Shown one piece after another: positions 51,385 through 64,000 of a stretch of DNA of 64,000 bases. The notes beneath the pieces were generated by a model. That model worked only from the letters and a program-made list of their open reading frames with translations. It was not told where the DNA came from and ran no database searches. The position numbers and the translations under genes were made by a program. The stretch is from Trichoplax adhaerens (lineage: Eukaryota; Animalia; Placozoa): assembly GCF_000150275.1 (NCBI RefSeq), contig NW_002060972.1, forward strand, positions 186,645 to 250,644, read 5' to 3'. How positions within the stretch are numbered: position 1 is the first letter of the stretch; each line of letters opens with the position of its first letter.

Positions 51385-54300
51385 ATGGTTAGCCATCATA
51401 GTTGTCGCTTTACATCATGTATTCTATAGCATCCTTTATCATGATATGGATAAAATCAGTCAGAATGGTTTGTAATCGATTAGCAATCACTCAAAGCTAC
51501 TGCATAGTGTTGGCCGTCATAGCACAGTAGGCAAAATAACTGAGATGCTTCATGACAAAGTCATGCTATCATAATCTTCAGCCATTGGAAAAATGGGTTG
51601 AATTGGACTCAAATTAGCTTGTTATCCATATATCAAAATCTTACTCGATGTTGTCTTTGTCATTCATGCCATTTCGTATTTCAAGATGAATCGAAGAACG
51701 ATACAAACATGTGAAAAATATCCTTTGCAACTTTTGCATACAAAAGAGTGCAAGTCAATGGATGAATTACTGATGCTTATACAGTTGCATGAACCGAGTT
51801 TTAATTCAAGAAACTTACTATTCCCTAATATGTACCGCTAGACAGTCAACGATGATTCAATAGCTCTAATCGAAGTCACAGAAATAAGTATTCAATGAAA
51901 AGACTGGATGGATAGCGTTGACATCAATTACAGTACTGTACCGTATTGAAGGATAGAATACGAATAATTTCTGAATTCCGATAATGATAAGCCACTGCAC
52001 GAATAAGATCAACACAAACAGCTGTGATGACAGGATTGAAAGCAAAACTCTTTCCCATTCGCCTCATTCGGTTACAGTTGATTATTATCGTACTACTGTA
52101 GTAGATAGAATAAAAAAATGGATCATCGTACACTCACCGCCCCATACTAACCTTTGTTATCTTTGACTGTATTAGGTTCTCCTATCGGCAGCTATTTGCA
52201 ACAAGAGTGGCAAAGGTAAAAATATCCACAAGACTAATGCATCAGTATAATCAATAGAATTAGTAGACTATCAGTGAAAGAACGAGCTAGACGTTTTGAT
52301 AAGCTTGATAATATTACTCAAGTAGTTATTGTCATTATTGCGTGTTTCAATTGATATACATTCTTGTAATCATGATAGGACTGCTATCTCGGCAGTTTGT
52401 TGAAATGTCACGATCACGAGCTGAAGGGCTACTTGCAGCCTTCCCCAAGTTGATGAGTAACGGAAAACAGCATACTTTCGTTGAAACAGAAAGTGTTCGC
52501 TATGTTTATCAACCTTTAGAGAAATTATTTGTCTTACTCATTACTACCAAGAATAGTAATATACTGGAAGATTTAGAAACGCTAAGGCTATTTTCGCGAG
52601 TTGTAAGTTAGACACCAGTTCTACAAAAATGTTAACAATCATCCAATAGTTAGCTATATTGAACCCTTCATCCTTTGTTGTAACTGGCAGTTGAACTAGC
52701 TTAGACGAATCGTACACATAGTAGTCTATCATTTGGAACATGTTGGTGTTTCCATTGCAGGATCCTAACAATAGATCAATAAATACTTTAACCGCTTAGG
52801 TGCCTGAATATTGTGGTTCTTTGGATGAAAAAGATGTTCTTGATAATGCATATGAAGTTATATTTGCTTTTGATGAGATTGTGGCACTAGGTTATCGCGA
52901 AAGTGTCAATTTGTCACAAGTTAGAACTTATATAGAAATGGAAAGTCATGAAGAAAATGTTTATCAAGCTGTCCGTAAGGTAATACATTTCAAATGATAC
53001 TTCATTCTTGCACAGTTACATACGTATGTTGAGTTGGTTGACGCAATAATGAATATCAACACCATGTATGTTGGCATTGTAACCACAGTCACAAGAAAAG
53101 GAAGCCCACGAAGCCATGAAGAAAAAGGCAAAAGAAATTGCTCAACAAAAGAAAGAACGAGAAAAAATGAATCGTGGTAAAGGTGGTACGTCAAATATGA
53201 GTAGCTTAATGTCAGGAACATCTCGTTTGTCTCCAGATGTACCAATGGTCGGAGATACAACCAGTTCTGTATCGACTTCATCGAGTAAACCGCAGAGTAC
53301 ATTCACAAGTAGTTCAAGGTGAGTAGTATCCAAATTACTTTCAAAGACAACTGTATTATTAATATATAAACTATCCCCAAATTGTAGACCTAGTGGATCT
53401 AGCCGTGCTTTGAAATTAGGTGGAAAGGATAGAGATCTTAATACGTTTGTAGACAAACTAAAAGCTGAAGGAACTGGTAATTATGAAACAAAATTTTATG
53501 CAGGTTCTATTATATTCTCTTACAATTATTGCTCTTCCAACTCTCGATATGGATTAACTTTAGATGTGATTGCATCAACGGCAAAACATTCCATTGCTTC
53601 AGCCAATAAACCAGAGCCCCCAACCAGTAATGTTATCCAATCAGGGTAGGTTATGACCATTCGCCTGGTCAGTGTTGATATTGCTAACAAACTGCATAAT
53701 GTCATAAAATGTATACAGTATAAAATAAAATTAATTCCACCCAATACTAACTTATTGCCTTACTGTTAGTATTCACCTTAAATTAGAAGAGAAAATTAAC
53801 CTACAAGCTCGTCAAGATGGTAGTTTAGAAACTATGGAGGTCTTGGGCAACCTAATATTACGCATTTCTGATGCTGATAAGCAGAACATACATGTTTGGG
53901 TAAAAAATGATGAGGATCGAGATGTTCAGACACAGGTAATTGATATAAACTTACCTACAATGACTGCATCAGTGTTTCTAACTTTATTTTAAGGAGAAAT
54001 GCGATAAAACCATATCTATTACGCTAATTAAATGCTTTTTTTATATTTTTAAAGCGCTCTTCGACAGTTTCATAGTTCTTCTAGTTATACCTTTTAATTT
54101 TATGAATCTTTGTCCTAGACTCACCCACATGTGGACCGCAAGTTTTTTGCGCAAAAATCAATTATTGCATCCAAATCTGCTTCAAAGCCATTCCCATTGA
54201 ATAACGACGTTCCTGTTCTCAGATGGAGATATCAAACTTCCGATTCAAGTCAAATGCCATTGTCAAGTATGCGAAGAGATATCTAACAGGAGTTGTCGAC

Positions 54301-54923
54301 ATTATAAATGATTCGGCTAAATTGTCTCTTTTTTTATTATTAGTAAATTTATGGCCGTCTTATAATAATGGTATGACAGAAGTAAATGTAGAATATGAGC
54401 TTGAGCAAGAAGACTTAACGCTCAATGACGTCAACATTGTTATACCGATACCGTAAGGCAGAATTATTGTATCTATTCCGTCATTAAGATTGTAAGAAAA
54501 CTGCTTACATAGGTACAATGCTATGATTTTATAATAATAAGGCATGGGTCTGGAAGTCCAGTTGTTAAAGAAGTGGACGGAGACTATGATTATGACAATG
54601 GAAAGTCCTGTTTAATTTGGTCTTTACCAGTTATGGATGCCTCAAATAAGGACGGCAGTTTGGAATTTACCGTAGCTGGAGATCAAAGTGATTTCTTTCC
54701 TATATCCTTGTCGTTTTATTCTCCCAATTTGTATTGCCGTCTTTCGGTAAGTTATGTTTGTGATCTTATCGCTGATTTTGATGCTATATGTAGAAAAGAT
54801 TAAAGTATGCACTTTCAATAATAGATTGCAGGAGTAAAAGCGGCTGAATCTGGAAAAGATATAACTGACTTTAGCAGCGAGATGTTCTGTAAACCGGACA
54901 GATATTTGATTGGCAATGTGTAA
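51385..54923 (+). CDS. ARCN1: Coatomer subunit delta (delta-COP), 524 aa
   Basis: Exons 51385-51387 (ATG only), 52176-52215, 52379-52602, 52800-52979, 53089-53318, 53388-53476, 53564-53645, 53770-53935, 54119-54266, 54344-54452, 54542-54746 and 54825-54923. Motifs [78 protein letters not shown] and QTHPHVD, plus a mu-homology C-terminus. Confidence 0.97.
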
Positions 54924-55136
54924 AAGGTTCTTATTCAGCTGGCCGACTTCCGACATGCTATAGTTATGAAAAATAAACTGTAGAACTTCTATATTAATTG
55001 CAGTAGAATGATATCCTAATAACAGACATTTGTAATGCTATGCTCTATAAGGGTATTTCTATGCAATGCCCTCTGTTAAGAACAAAGTACTCTAAAAAAT
55101 GTTTTTATTATTATTTTATGTAATCACTACAAATTA

Positions 55137-56092
55137 TTGAATAAAGGAATGGTATCAATCCTTACAATTAATTTTTAGGTAGTGCAGTCTATACATCAAA
55201 CTTACTAACTGTTTAAGTTGTATCGGTTTAGAAGGCAGCATATCAGACCAATCACATTAATCTCCTTCAAGGAGGTAACCTCGATTGATCTGGTGCGTGC
55301 GCCGTTCTAAGACAAGTACGTCAGTATAGCATTGTAAAGTCTCATGGTAGTTTCTCCTTGTAAGCAAGCTGGAGTTAAAATTCCTTTATAATTGGCCCGA
55401 TACTCTAATGTGAACAGAAATATTTAATCAACAGTATGCTGGAATACTGCCAAGTAGCACCACTTAAAATCAACTGCAATAAGAAAACTTGGCACTATAA
55501 ATAAAGTAGCTAAAAGTATAGTATAATTCACAAAACACATTAAACATTTATCAGCGTACTTTTACGTCCAAGAGTACATTTAATGGCAAACACTGCATCA
55601 GTTGCTCCAAGAAAACATGGCTCTGAAAGTTCTTGAATAAAGGAATGGTATCATTAGAATTATTTTTAGTTTGTGCAAATCTGCATCTTGTCCTTCTAAT
55701 TGTTGAGTCACTTTATTAAACTTTAAATTAGACCAGTTGCATTGTCCCTTTCAACGGAATTACCTTAATTGATCTGGTTCGCATGCCATTCTAAAACAAA
55801 TACGTGACTGTGGCATTGTAAATTCTCTTGGTAGATTCTCCACGCAATCAAAGCTGTAGTTGAAACTCATTTATAGCTGACCCAACATTACAATATAAGT
55901 AGAAATATCTAATTTACAGTATGCTGGAATACTATTAGCACTACTTTATCAACTGTGATGAGATAACTTGACAGTACAAAGATAGCAGCTAAAAGCGAAG
56001 GTTTATTTAGAAAACGCCTTGAACATTTATCAGCATATTTTTGACGTCCGAAAGTACATTTAATAGTATTAACTTAATCAGTTGCACAAAAA
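55137..56092. repeat. Diverged tandem duplication (~496-bp period)
   Basis: ttgaataaaggaatggtatca starts both units (55137 and 55633). Shared blocks include attgatctggt, gcattgtaaa, acagtatgctggaatact, aacatttatcagc and agtacatttaat. Confidence 0.85.
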
Positions 56093-56387
56093 AATTTTCT
56101 GTAATAGGAAACAACTACAAGTAAGAGAACATATTCTGGAGTGAATTATGGTTAATACTGGTCATGAAATTAACAGCTTCCGAGAAAAATACTTGCTACA
56201 GCACTTTTGTCGATAATAAAGTTTAGGAAAAAAATTAATGCAACAGTAACGTAAAATGTTACGTATTCCGATTATATTATAAAGCAGGCAGTTTCATAAA
56301 AGATTTTTGATATTTTACCCATAATTTAATTAATGGAGTATTGTTCATAAAGCTAACCTATACAAGAATTATTGAATTTAATCATAG

Positions 56388-57557
56388 AATTACCGTAAAT
56401 ACTATAAATAACTGATGATGATGCCTCTTCAAACCTTATTAAGAACTTTTTGAAAATAAAGATTTCGAGCTCGAATGGAAAAGTCAACCATCTCGGTTTA
56501 CTGAAGTTTTATAAAATGAATGAAGAAGCTCTATGGAACAACGAAAAGAAGTTTTTTTAAAGTGCTAAAGAAGGAAGTATCGTTTACTAAATGTTGCAAA
56601 GTGCTTACGGGTATGCCTTGGAAGGCTTTGTTGTGTGAGCGTCGACTATATTACACTTAATTTCCCAGAGTTTTTGTAAGTACTCTACTTACACCTACGA
56701 TCATAATTACCAAATACGATAAGAAATTCTTATGAGTGTCGATAATGTACTCGTGTTTCTTAAATGACTAGTTTTATTTTTACTCAATAAGTATGCTGAG
56801 ATAAATAATACGTACTTTTCCGGTAAATATAATTATTTTGGTAATTATTCTTAGCGCTTTTACAGTTGTAAGAAATCTTCTATCAATCGACATTAGCTCT
56901 TAACTACTAATAAGCATACTGTGCTGATTTCTAGTTAACCCAATGTACGAATATATTAAAGTTTCATAAAGAATTGAATTTACTGAAGGATGCTTTAGGC
57001 GCTTTTTAAGGATTAAATTGTGGTAGCGTTCAACTTAATTGGCCTGAAAGTAAGCCTACGATAATTAATTAATAAAATTATTTCTAATTAAGGGTAAAAA
57101 AATAGCATTAATATCTCTTTAATTGAAATTATCGTTATTTCAAATTCTCAATTTAGATCGATAAAACTACTCTATTGATAGATTTTACGTTAATACTTCA
57201 GTAACAGTTTCATATTTCAGAAGGACAGGTAAAATATTAGTATTTAAGCTACAAAAGTTAAATCTTTATTTACTTTTGTTAATTTATCTACTGCAATCAT
57301 AAATGTCATCATTTGTTTGGCACTTAATCAAGTATATTCTAAGGCCTAGTGTAGCTTGTTACGAACTTCTCAACGTCGAAATACCTGCACTTGCAAATTT
57401 AATTCAGACTAAGGATGAAAGTTTAACTACAGAAAATGTTTTAATAATTGCTGAAGATATAGCACGAGCTATCCAGTCCTTGCATGCTAACTCTATAAGC
57501 TATGGAAGCAATAATGCAGATTCTATTCTCGCTTTCATTCCTGCTCAGTTGAATTGA
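56388..57557 (+). pseudogene. Decayed protein-kinase-like fragments
   Basis: LANLIQTKDESLTTENVLIIAEDIARAIQSLHANSISYGSNNADSIL corresponds to kinase subdomains V-VIb without HRD. Upstream GLLKFYKMNEEALWNNEKKFF resembles subdomains II-III and lies among stops. Confidence 0.5.
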
Positions 57558-58729
57558 TTTCATATTGGATTTATCCAATTTAAATAAATCATCAAAAACA
57601 CGTTAACTATTTATAGCATTATATCGATGATGAATGTAGAACTACTATCAAATACAGTGAAATCCATAACACTGATGCTAATCAATTTCATCCACGTACT
57701 TAAAATTACCACTAATTATCTATCTGATTATGTAATTGGCTATTATAACATGAATTTATTTGTAGCGTAATTTCAAGTTAATGACATATCAAGATACAGT
57801 AGTTTGGCTATACAAAATGTTATTATCTGGTACTATATTCCAATTTGCAGTTTCAGTTATTTAGTCTGTAGTATTTAAAATGATCGCTGCTGGATGAGGC
57901 TACTGAACTTAATCATATGAATGAGGGTAGAATCAGCCTTTTCCGTTCTAAATACTATATGAAATGCTATACTTGTAGTTTACTAAATCCTATAAAGCTA
58001 CGTCAAGTGCCGCTTAATCTTTCCCCAAACCTTATTGTCGTAGACTACTTCCTGACAAAGTTTATAAATCTGATGAATTTGTTGGAATAAGGCCTGATGA
58101 TGATTGAATTACTATAGCATATAAGTTTTCCATACTTGTAAGTACGATAAAGTATAATATTTCCTATACTGTAACACTCAAACACTATGAACATCAGCAC
58201 TTCCATAAAATCTATAATTGCAGTTAACGTGATGCCGTAACACTCGGATAACTGCTATACAGATTTTGCAATTACGCTGTAATTTCAAAACGTTTAGTAG
58301 TATACGACACTCTGCGATTAAGCCTGTCCATGACTCATTCATACCCTGAATTTTCGATTGGTTAGGAAGTCATCTTGTTTAGATATTTCTGATGCGTGTA
58401 TCATTAATATTCGTGCTTAATTGGATCAACAATATTTATTACTATATATTTAGAAGCATCCAATTAGCTCTATGATTACGATAAATTCGAACATTAGTAA
58501 AACTTAAAATTATTATGTATAAAGTTTGGAGCAATAACGAGATGGCAATTTCTGCGAGTCTATTAACAAATCTATTACGGTTAAACTATGTCTTTCTTAA
58601 ATTTTCGATAAAGTCATGATTTTCATTTATATGATTGATTAATTTCAAACTTTGTTACTCTTTTTTACAGCAGAATATTGCCTTAAGATACCTTACTTGT
58701 GCTAACACTAATTCCTTAATGAATTGTAT

Positions 58730-58966
58730 AGAATCAGTCAGCTAAGGCGTCATCGAGCAATTTTACGAAAGCTCAGTTTATTCACAAAAATAAGGACAAA
58801 ATCTTATCCCGTCACTTGATGCAATGCTGCAAGATTTGGCTAAATTAGTTCAATTTTATGGCATTATGGTATCGCACTGCAGGTAAGGGTTGGAAACAGA
58901 TGCCGTTGCTGAAAACGGAAAAATTTAGAGAACCTTTGGCAAAAGTGGATGATGGCAGAAAAAGCG
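58730..58966 (+). pseudogene. Second decayed copy of the 33829-34069 exon (possible GBP C-terminal relic)
   Basis: LQDLAKLVQFYGIMVSHCR*GLETDAVAENG...AEKA versus QEDLSELVQFYETMASYCRQRLEKDTVAEGG...IEKA. Confidence 0.55.
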
Positions 58967-59720
58967 CTTAGTTTTATCTGAAAATTAGTCATAGCTACAG
59001 CACAATATCTCCTATGCTTATTCAAGCATTCGCATTTAGTGAAAAAGGCAATTTCTATAATAGTTATAAATATATTCCACCAATTTAAATGCATATCAGT
59101 TACAGTCAAGCACAATAATAAAATCTTGCTAACCACCTAAAATAAGTCATAAGATTCACTAATTTGAAATTAATACAATATTGGAATATAGTGTTTCCGT
59201 ACTCTACTGTCAATTTGATTAAAATAAATGGTTACAAAAATGCAAATAGAACTATGCACTACAGTCAATGATAGCTTCGTAAAGTAACTGTTTCATCTTT
59301 CTCGAAAATCTCTTGCGGAACATTCTCTTTATTAAATCTACATTGAATTTAGTTAACAAAAAAATCATTAGGATTTCGATTAGAGTGATAAAAGGTTTTT
59401 ACTGTATATCATTTACTCAAGCAAATCACGAATAACGCGATCTTATTCAATTTCCTTCATAATTATTTACACTGTAATGTAGTAAAAAACTGAAAGTAGA
59501 GTTCTTTATAGCTTTAGTATGAAACTATTATTATTTTACTATAGAAAATACTAGAAAGTGATAGTATCTTCAAGTTTTACTCTACCAAATCATGGTGTCT
59601 CATCTTTTCTTTTTCGCTATTTTACACGGTACAGTATAGATTACTATAGGAATAGCCTAAGAGCAATCGCCTAATCTAAAGAAAGGGATTTTGATGGTCT
59701 ATTGGGAATGTAAATGAATT

Positions 59721-59849
59721 TCACTCAGTATGTAAAAGAAGCCACTCGAAATTAAATTATTAGTCTTTGGCCACAATCATACCAATGTTGCTGCATCGTA
59801 TAAAAATCTGGGAAATACGTATAAAAATCAAGGCAAGTATGAAGAGGCT
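59721..59849 (+). pseudogene. Isolated TPR repeat relic (kinesin-light-chain/nephrocystin-3-type 42-aa TPR)
   Basis: SLSM*KKPLEIKLLVFGHNHTNVAASYKNLGNTYKNQGKYEEA. Confidence 0.75.
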
Positions 59850-60822
59850 AAATTACTTAGTTGGCATTTTGCTCCTTAAAATCTTGTGTTACATGAACAA
59901 GGATAATCGGTTTGGCTGGTAATGTATCGTCCAATCTCGCCAGAAGTGGATCGACAATGGTCTAAAATGGATTCAGTTATAATAGTAAATGTTTGGGGCT
60001 ACTTAAAATTAAAATTCTTATTTGCATGACGTAGAATTTTAGCTAAATGTTATATTAAATTGATTATTATCATTGAGTAGGATTTGTATACTTAATTGGC
60101 ATTTTGATTCATCACATACAATTTCACAACGACATCGGAAACTGTTTGGTAGCAGTACATTCACCATTTTAGCAAGAATTTGGAAGGCACGGTGGTAAGC
60201 AAAGCATTCACCAGTGGCTAGTTCATGCCATCGAAAAATATAACGTGAATTATCGCTGCACTACAAAACCACTGGAAATGGGCCGAGAAATGAAAGTGTC
60301 TTACGAATATGATACAAATTCATTTTATTTCATTATTACGGCAATGTGGTAAGTTGTAGGTCCGCGCTAATCGAATCTTTTTAAGCAAATCATCGTTTCA
60401 CGCAACGACCACTAGCAATGGGCAGGAAACGTAAGCACACATGTCTTTCGAACATATCCGACCAGAAATCGACAAATTTACCGAATTAATTTCTCATGAA
60501 GCTAAGTTACTTTTAGAAGAAATTTATTACGGGAGTTATTACATGTTCTTTAACGCAATTACGTCAAGTAACTACCTGATTTGAACTGCAAATTTCGAAC
60601 GTAAAAACGGAAAAAGGTATACAGTTTTCTAAAATGCTCTGACTAGCACAAAGTGATTTGCATTCATAATAGTCAACTCAAATGATAAAAATCGTCGATA
60701 GTAAAGAAATAATGATCAACTATACGCAAAGCAGGATGAATTTTAATATTGTCTACTATTTGCACTACATACGATAGTCATTCAACTAGAAGTTGCAAGA
60801 TCTCATCATTAGTTATTAAATT

Positions 60823-61160
60823 CGCCTATTTTCTCAAGTGAGCTTTCCAAAGTCTCATATCGATCAACTATTTTATACATTAGTGTAAGGTAAAATAAAT
60901 TAATTAGTCTACTCAGTCTATTCAATATTTGTCAGAGTACGGTAGCAATAGTAATTTAAGATTTAAGGCTTTTGTAACATTGTAATTGTAACGTTTTTTA
61001 TTGTGAGAAAAAATAAATCCGTCTATTTCGCAATTAAGCTCTTCCAAGTCTCTTATCAATTATTTATTTTGTGTATTGGAGTAATGTAAAAGCTGTGAGC
61101 TAGTCTACTAAAATCTGTTCAATATTTGTCAGGGTACAATAGCAATGATAATTTAAGATC
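60823..61160. repeat. Diverged tandem duplication (~197-bp period)
   Basis: aagtctc.tatc...tagtctact...ttcaatatttgtcag.gtac..tagcaat..taatttaagat occurs at 60823-60963 and 61020-61160. Confidence 0.8.
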
Positions 61161-61934
61161 TCGATAAATCTATTTAAGATGTGATAGTGATTATCCCAAA
61201 ATAACCGGAATGTAGATACATATAAGAACAGCTACCGAGCCGTAAAGCAACTCTGGTTATATCTTGGTTGTACTCTTAATCAAAATTTTATGCTGGCACA
61301 TGGTCATGCCAACAGCACGCTACATACAGTACTGTGTCAGCTTATCCTTTCCATATTTTCCTCATGGGTAGAATAAAGTATCAACATACAAAGCAATCTA
61401 TCAATTTTTCAATACACTTTTAATAGCTCCTATATTAATCTACCTTATGTTTGCAGCAATAAGCCAATAATGTAGAGAATCGACTATGCACATGCAAATA
61501 TGCAGAATCGCGCTGAATATTTCAACCCAGAATATGAAACTTCAAGCAATACTTTATTTAAGCCTTTTAATAATTAGTGATGTGTTACAATATAGCAAAT
61601 TCCAATTCATTGGATTAGAAGGATTGTTTAACCTGCTAATACATCATAGACAATCACTTAATGATCATTATACTAATAATAATTAATTCATTATCGTAGC
61701 AGCTGGCAAAATGAGATCAAAATGCGCAGCCTATCAAAATTTCTTTTCTTGAAATAGGATTTGTAAGTTTAAGCTAATCAAATTGTTTAAGCCATTTAGG
61801 TCCATTGTAAAGTCCCTTTTAGTAAGATACTTTCAATTTAAAATATGCTATCCTAAAGGTGATAAAGGCAAAGTGAATATGAACATTTAATCTCAACTTT
61901 AATTTCGACAATATCATTGTTATGACTCATGAAT

Positions 61935-64000
61935 CTAAGAAAATTGCAGTACCGGTCGAACGATGATATGTTCATTTGGGAGGTTATTAGCTATACACCG
62001 TTTAAAAAAATAATAATGTTATTGTATGTTTTTGCACATCTTAACATTATAAAATTAACCAGCAACGATTCTTATTCTATCAACTTCCCTTTAAATTAGA
62101 TAAAATATCATCAAGTAATAATAATTACAACTAAACTCATTCTTACCGTTGTTATTTGAGTTGCATCCCAAATCCAAACACCTCCAATTTCCGGCTGGAC
62201 TGCACTTACTGTTAAAAAGATAAAATATTAGATATTGTAAACCCATACCATCGCAAGACTATCTGAAATCTTCAACTATTAATGAGTAGACTGAAAAGCT
62301 CTGCTCGCATTTAAACAGTTTATCTTAATGCTAACTAATTTAGTGAAGGTGAATAAATAAATTGGCAAATTTACTTACCATCTGTGGCACAAACCAATGA
62401 GTTTTACAGTATTTACTGGGAATTTCTTATTTTGGTATTCACACGTATTGGTTTCTATAATCAAATCAAGTATTCTTCTTTTAAAAATGCCAATAAATAT
62501 TACTTGAATCCACTTATAGACTAACGTAGATATTGAATCGGGTAATGTGAAGTAAATTTTGAATTTTAACCTCAATACATAATAATAGTTAAAATCAGCC
62601 TAGTCTATTACTCAAAAGCTCCAGTCATAATTGACAAATTGTGGAAAATAAATATCTACTAATTGTCAGTTTTCTACTTCTATTCTACACAATGAAATAG
62701 AAATACTAGTTTCTAAACAGTATCAAATCTTAGTGACCCATAGCTTACCTAATGGGCAAGGTTTATTGGTACAGACATATTTTCCATCATTACATTTGCT
62801 AAAATTAAACGAATCATAGTACATAGATATATTAAATAATAACAGTAATACTAGTATCCATTTAATTCATCCAAATCTAGCTTTAGCCTACGTATAACTT
62901 ACCACTTTTCGCACTTCTTTTCCTCAACATGGCCATGGGGGATAATTTGACCATTAGTCAGAGTGCAGTTTTGGAATTCTATTCAAATCGATGATATTTT
63001 AGCTCAAACTTGCTTGTTAACGACATTCATTTTAATCACATTATAAGATGAAGGCTACTAGTAGGATTACGAGCAAAAGGAACGTACTTGGTTTTAAGCA
63101 TTCAGAATTCACATTGCATTTCCATTGGCCATCATTCATGCAAGTACTATTTCGAAAATAATTTTATACAATTATTACTCATAGTCGCTTCAACAAAGGT
63201 ATAAAATGATGGCATTGCAGATTGATATAGCATCAGAATGGTGAATTGTAATTTTATTCGTTACCATTGACGGCATTTTTCTTCCATCTTATAACCAGTT
63301 GGAACTTGTTGACTTCCAAGAGCACAAGTTACATTACGTGGAACTGAAATAGAACATATTTGTTTACCGTAGCGGTCTAAATTTAATTATACGTACAAAT
63401 ACCGAAACTAGAGCTGAAATATTCACGATGAATATTCCTAATGAACTTTTGTCCTATGTAATATTTACTTGTAGGAGTACAGTTAGGCTTGCGTTGACAG
63501 TACCAACGAGCAAATAATCCGCAGATACTATAAGGGAGGTAAGTAGGGTAGTTAGTGACGTTTGACAGGTAAAATATTACCGTAAGTATAATATTCCTAC
63601 CATCTCTGGCAATCCTTTTCTACAACAGCCGTAATGTTGTAGTTCTTCTTTTCATAAACACATGGAGCTAATGGATTAGCTGTAATGAAATAGTAGAATT
63701 TTAGATGAGAATACAACAGTTACAGTACGTGATTATTTTTCTTAATCAAAATGGAGATTTTTCAATTACTGCTGGGTGGAGGACAGAATTTCCTGGTACA
63801 TGCCCATCTTCCGTTATTGCAGAAACTAAAGATATAGCAATAGACATATTTTATGAGCAAATAGGTAGTTTAAGTCTGGTTCAGTATAAGCTACATGATT
63901 CCTCGTAAACTGTATGGCTAAAATTTGAACTTACCAGTCATTACAATCTTGCTTTCTGGTTTGGCCGTGGTTGAAAACTTGATCCATGAAACGGCATGTC
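61935..64000 (-). CDS. 3' part of a multi-repeat Cys-rich secreted protein (pacifastin-like / short VWC repeats)
   Basis: Five 6-Cys repeats, each split over two exons: CRFMDQVFNHGQTRKQDCNDCFCNNGRWACTRKFC; CVYEKKNYNITAVVEKDCQRCICGLFARWYCQRKPNC; CALGSQQVPTGYKMEEKCRQCTCMNDGQWKCNVNSEC; CTLTNGQIIPHGHVEEKKCEKCKCNDGKYVCTNKPC; CEYQNKKFPVNTVKLIGLCHRCKCSPAGNWRCLDLGC. The last exon ends in TAG at 61935-61937. Confidence 0.85.

Noticed and set aside
52544-54956. Minus-strand ORFs overlapping ARCN1
   Set aside because: Antisense shadows of the delta-COP exons.

Overview
AT-rich, intron-dense animal genomic DNA, not prokaryotic. It most likely comes from a placozoan (Trichoplax-like). That is an inference from the compact introns, the Apaf-1-like paralog cluster and a relic of a GHNH..VA.SY.NLGN.Y..QGKYEEA-type TPR repeat. 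Gene models were built by hand from GT-AG signals and reading phase. Left arm: two secreted EGF-repeat genes with a uromodulin/GP2-type D8C-like domain, one ending in a fibrinogen/intelectin-like domain. Middle: three Apaf-1-like loci. One is an NB-ARC pseudogene disrupted by a solo LTR, one is a 3' remnant, and one is an apparently intact 17-exon gene (CARD-WHD-HD2-propeller) that lacks the nucleotide-binding domain; this last gene is the most striking observation. Right arm: a divergent tail-less NDC80-like gene head-to-head with an MZB1/pERp1 orthologue, delta-COP (ARCN1), decayed kinase, TPR and possible GBP relics, and the 3' end of a pacifastin/VWC-repeat gene. Also found: three solo LTRs with 5-bp target-site duplications, a MITE-like hairpin and several coding-derived dispersed or tandem repeats. 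No rRNA, tRNA or CRISPR array was recognised.
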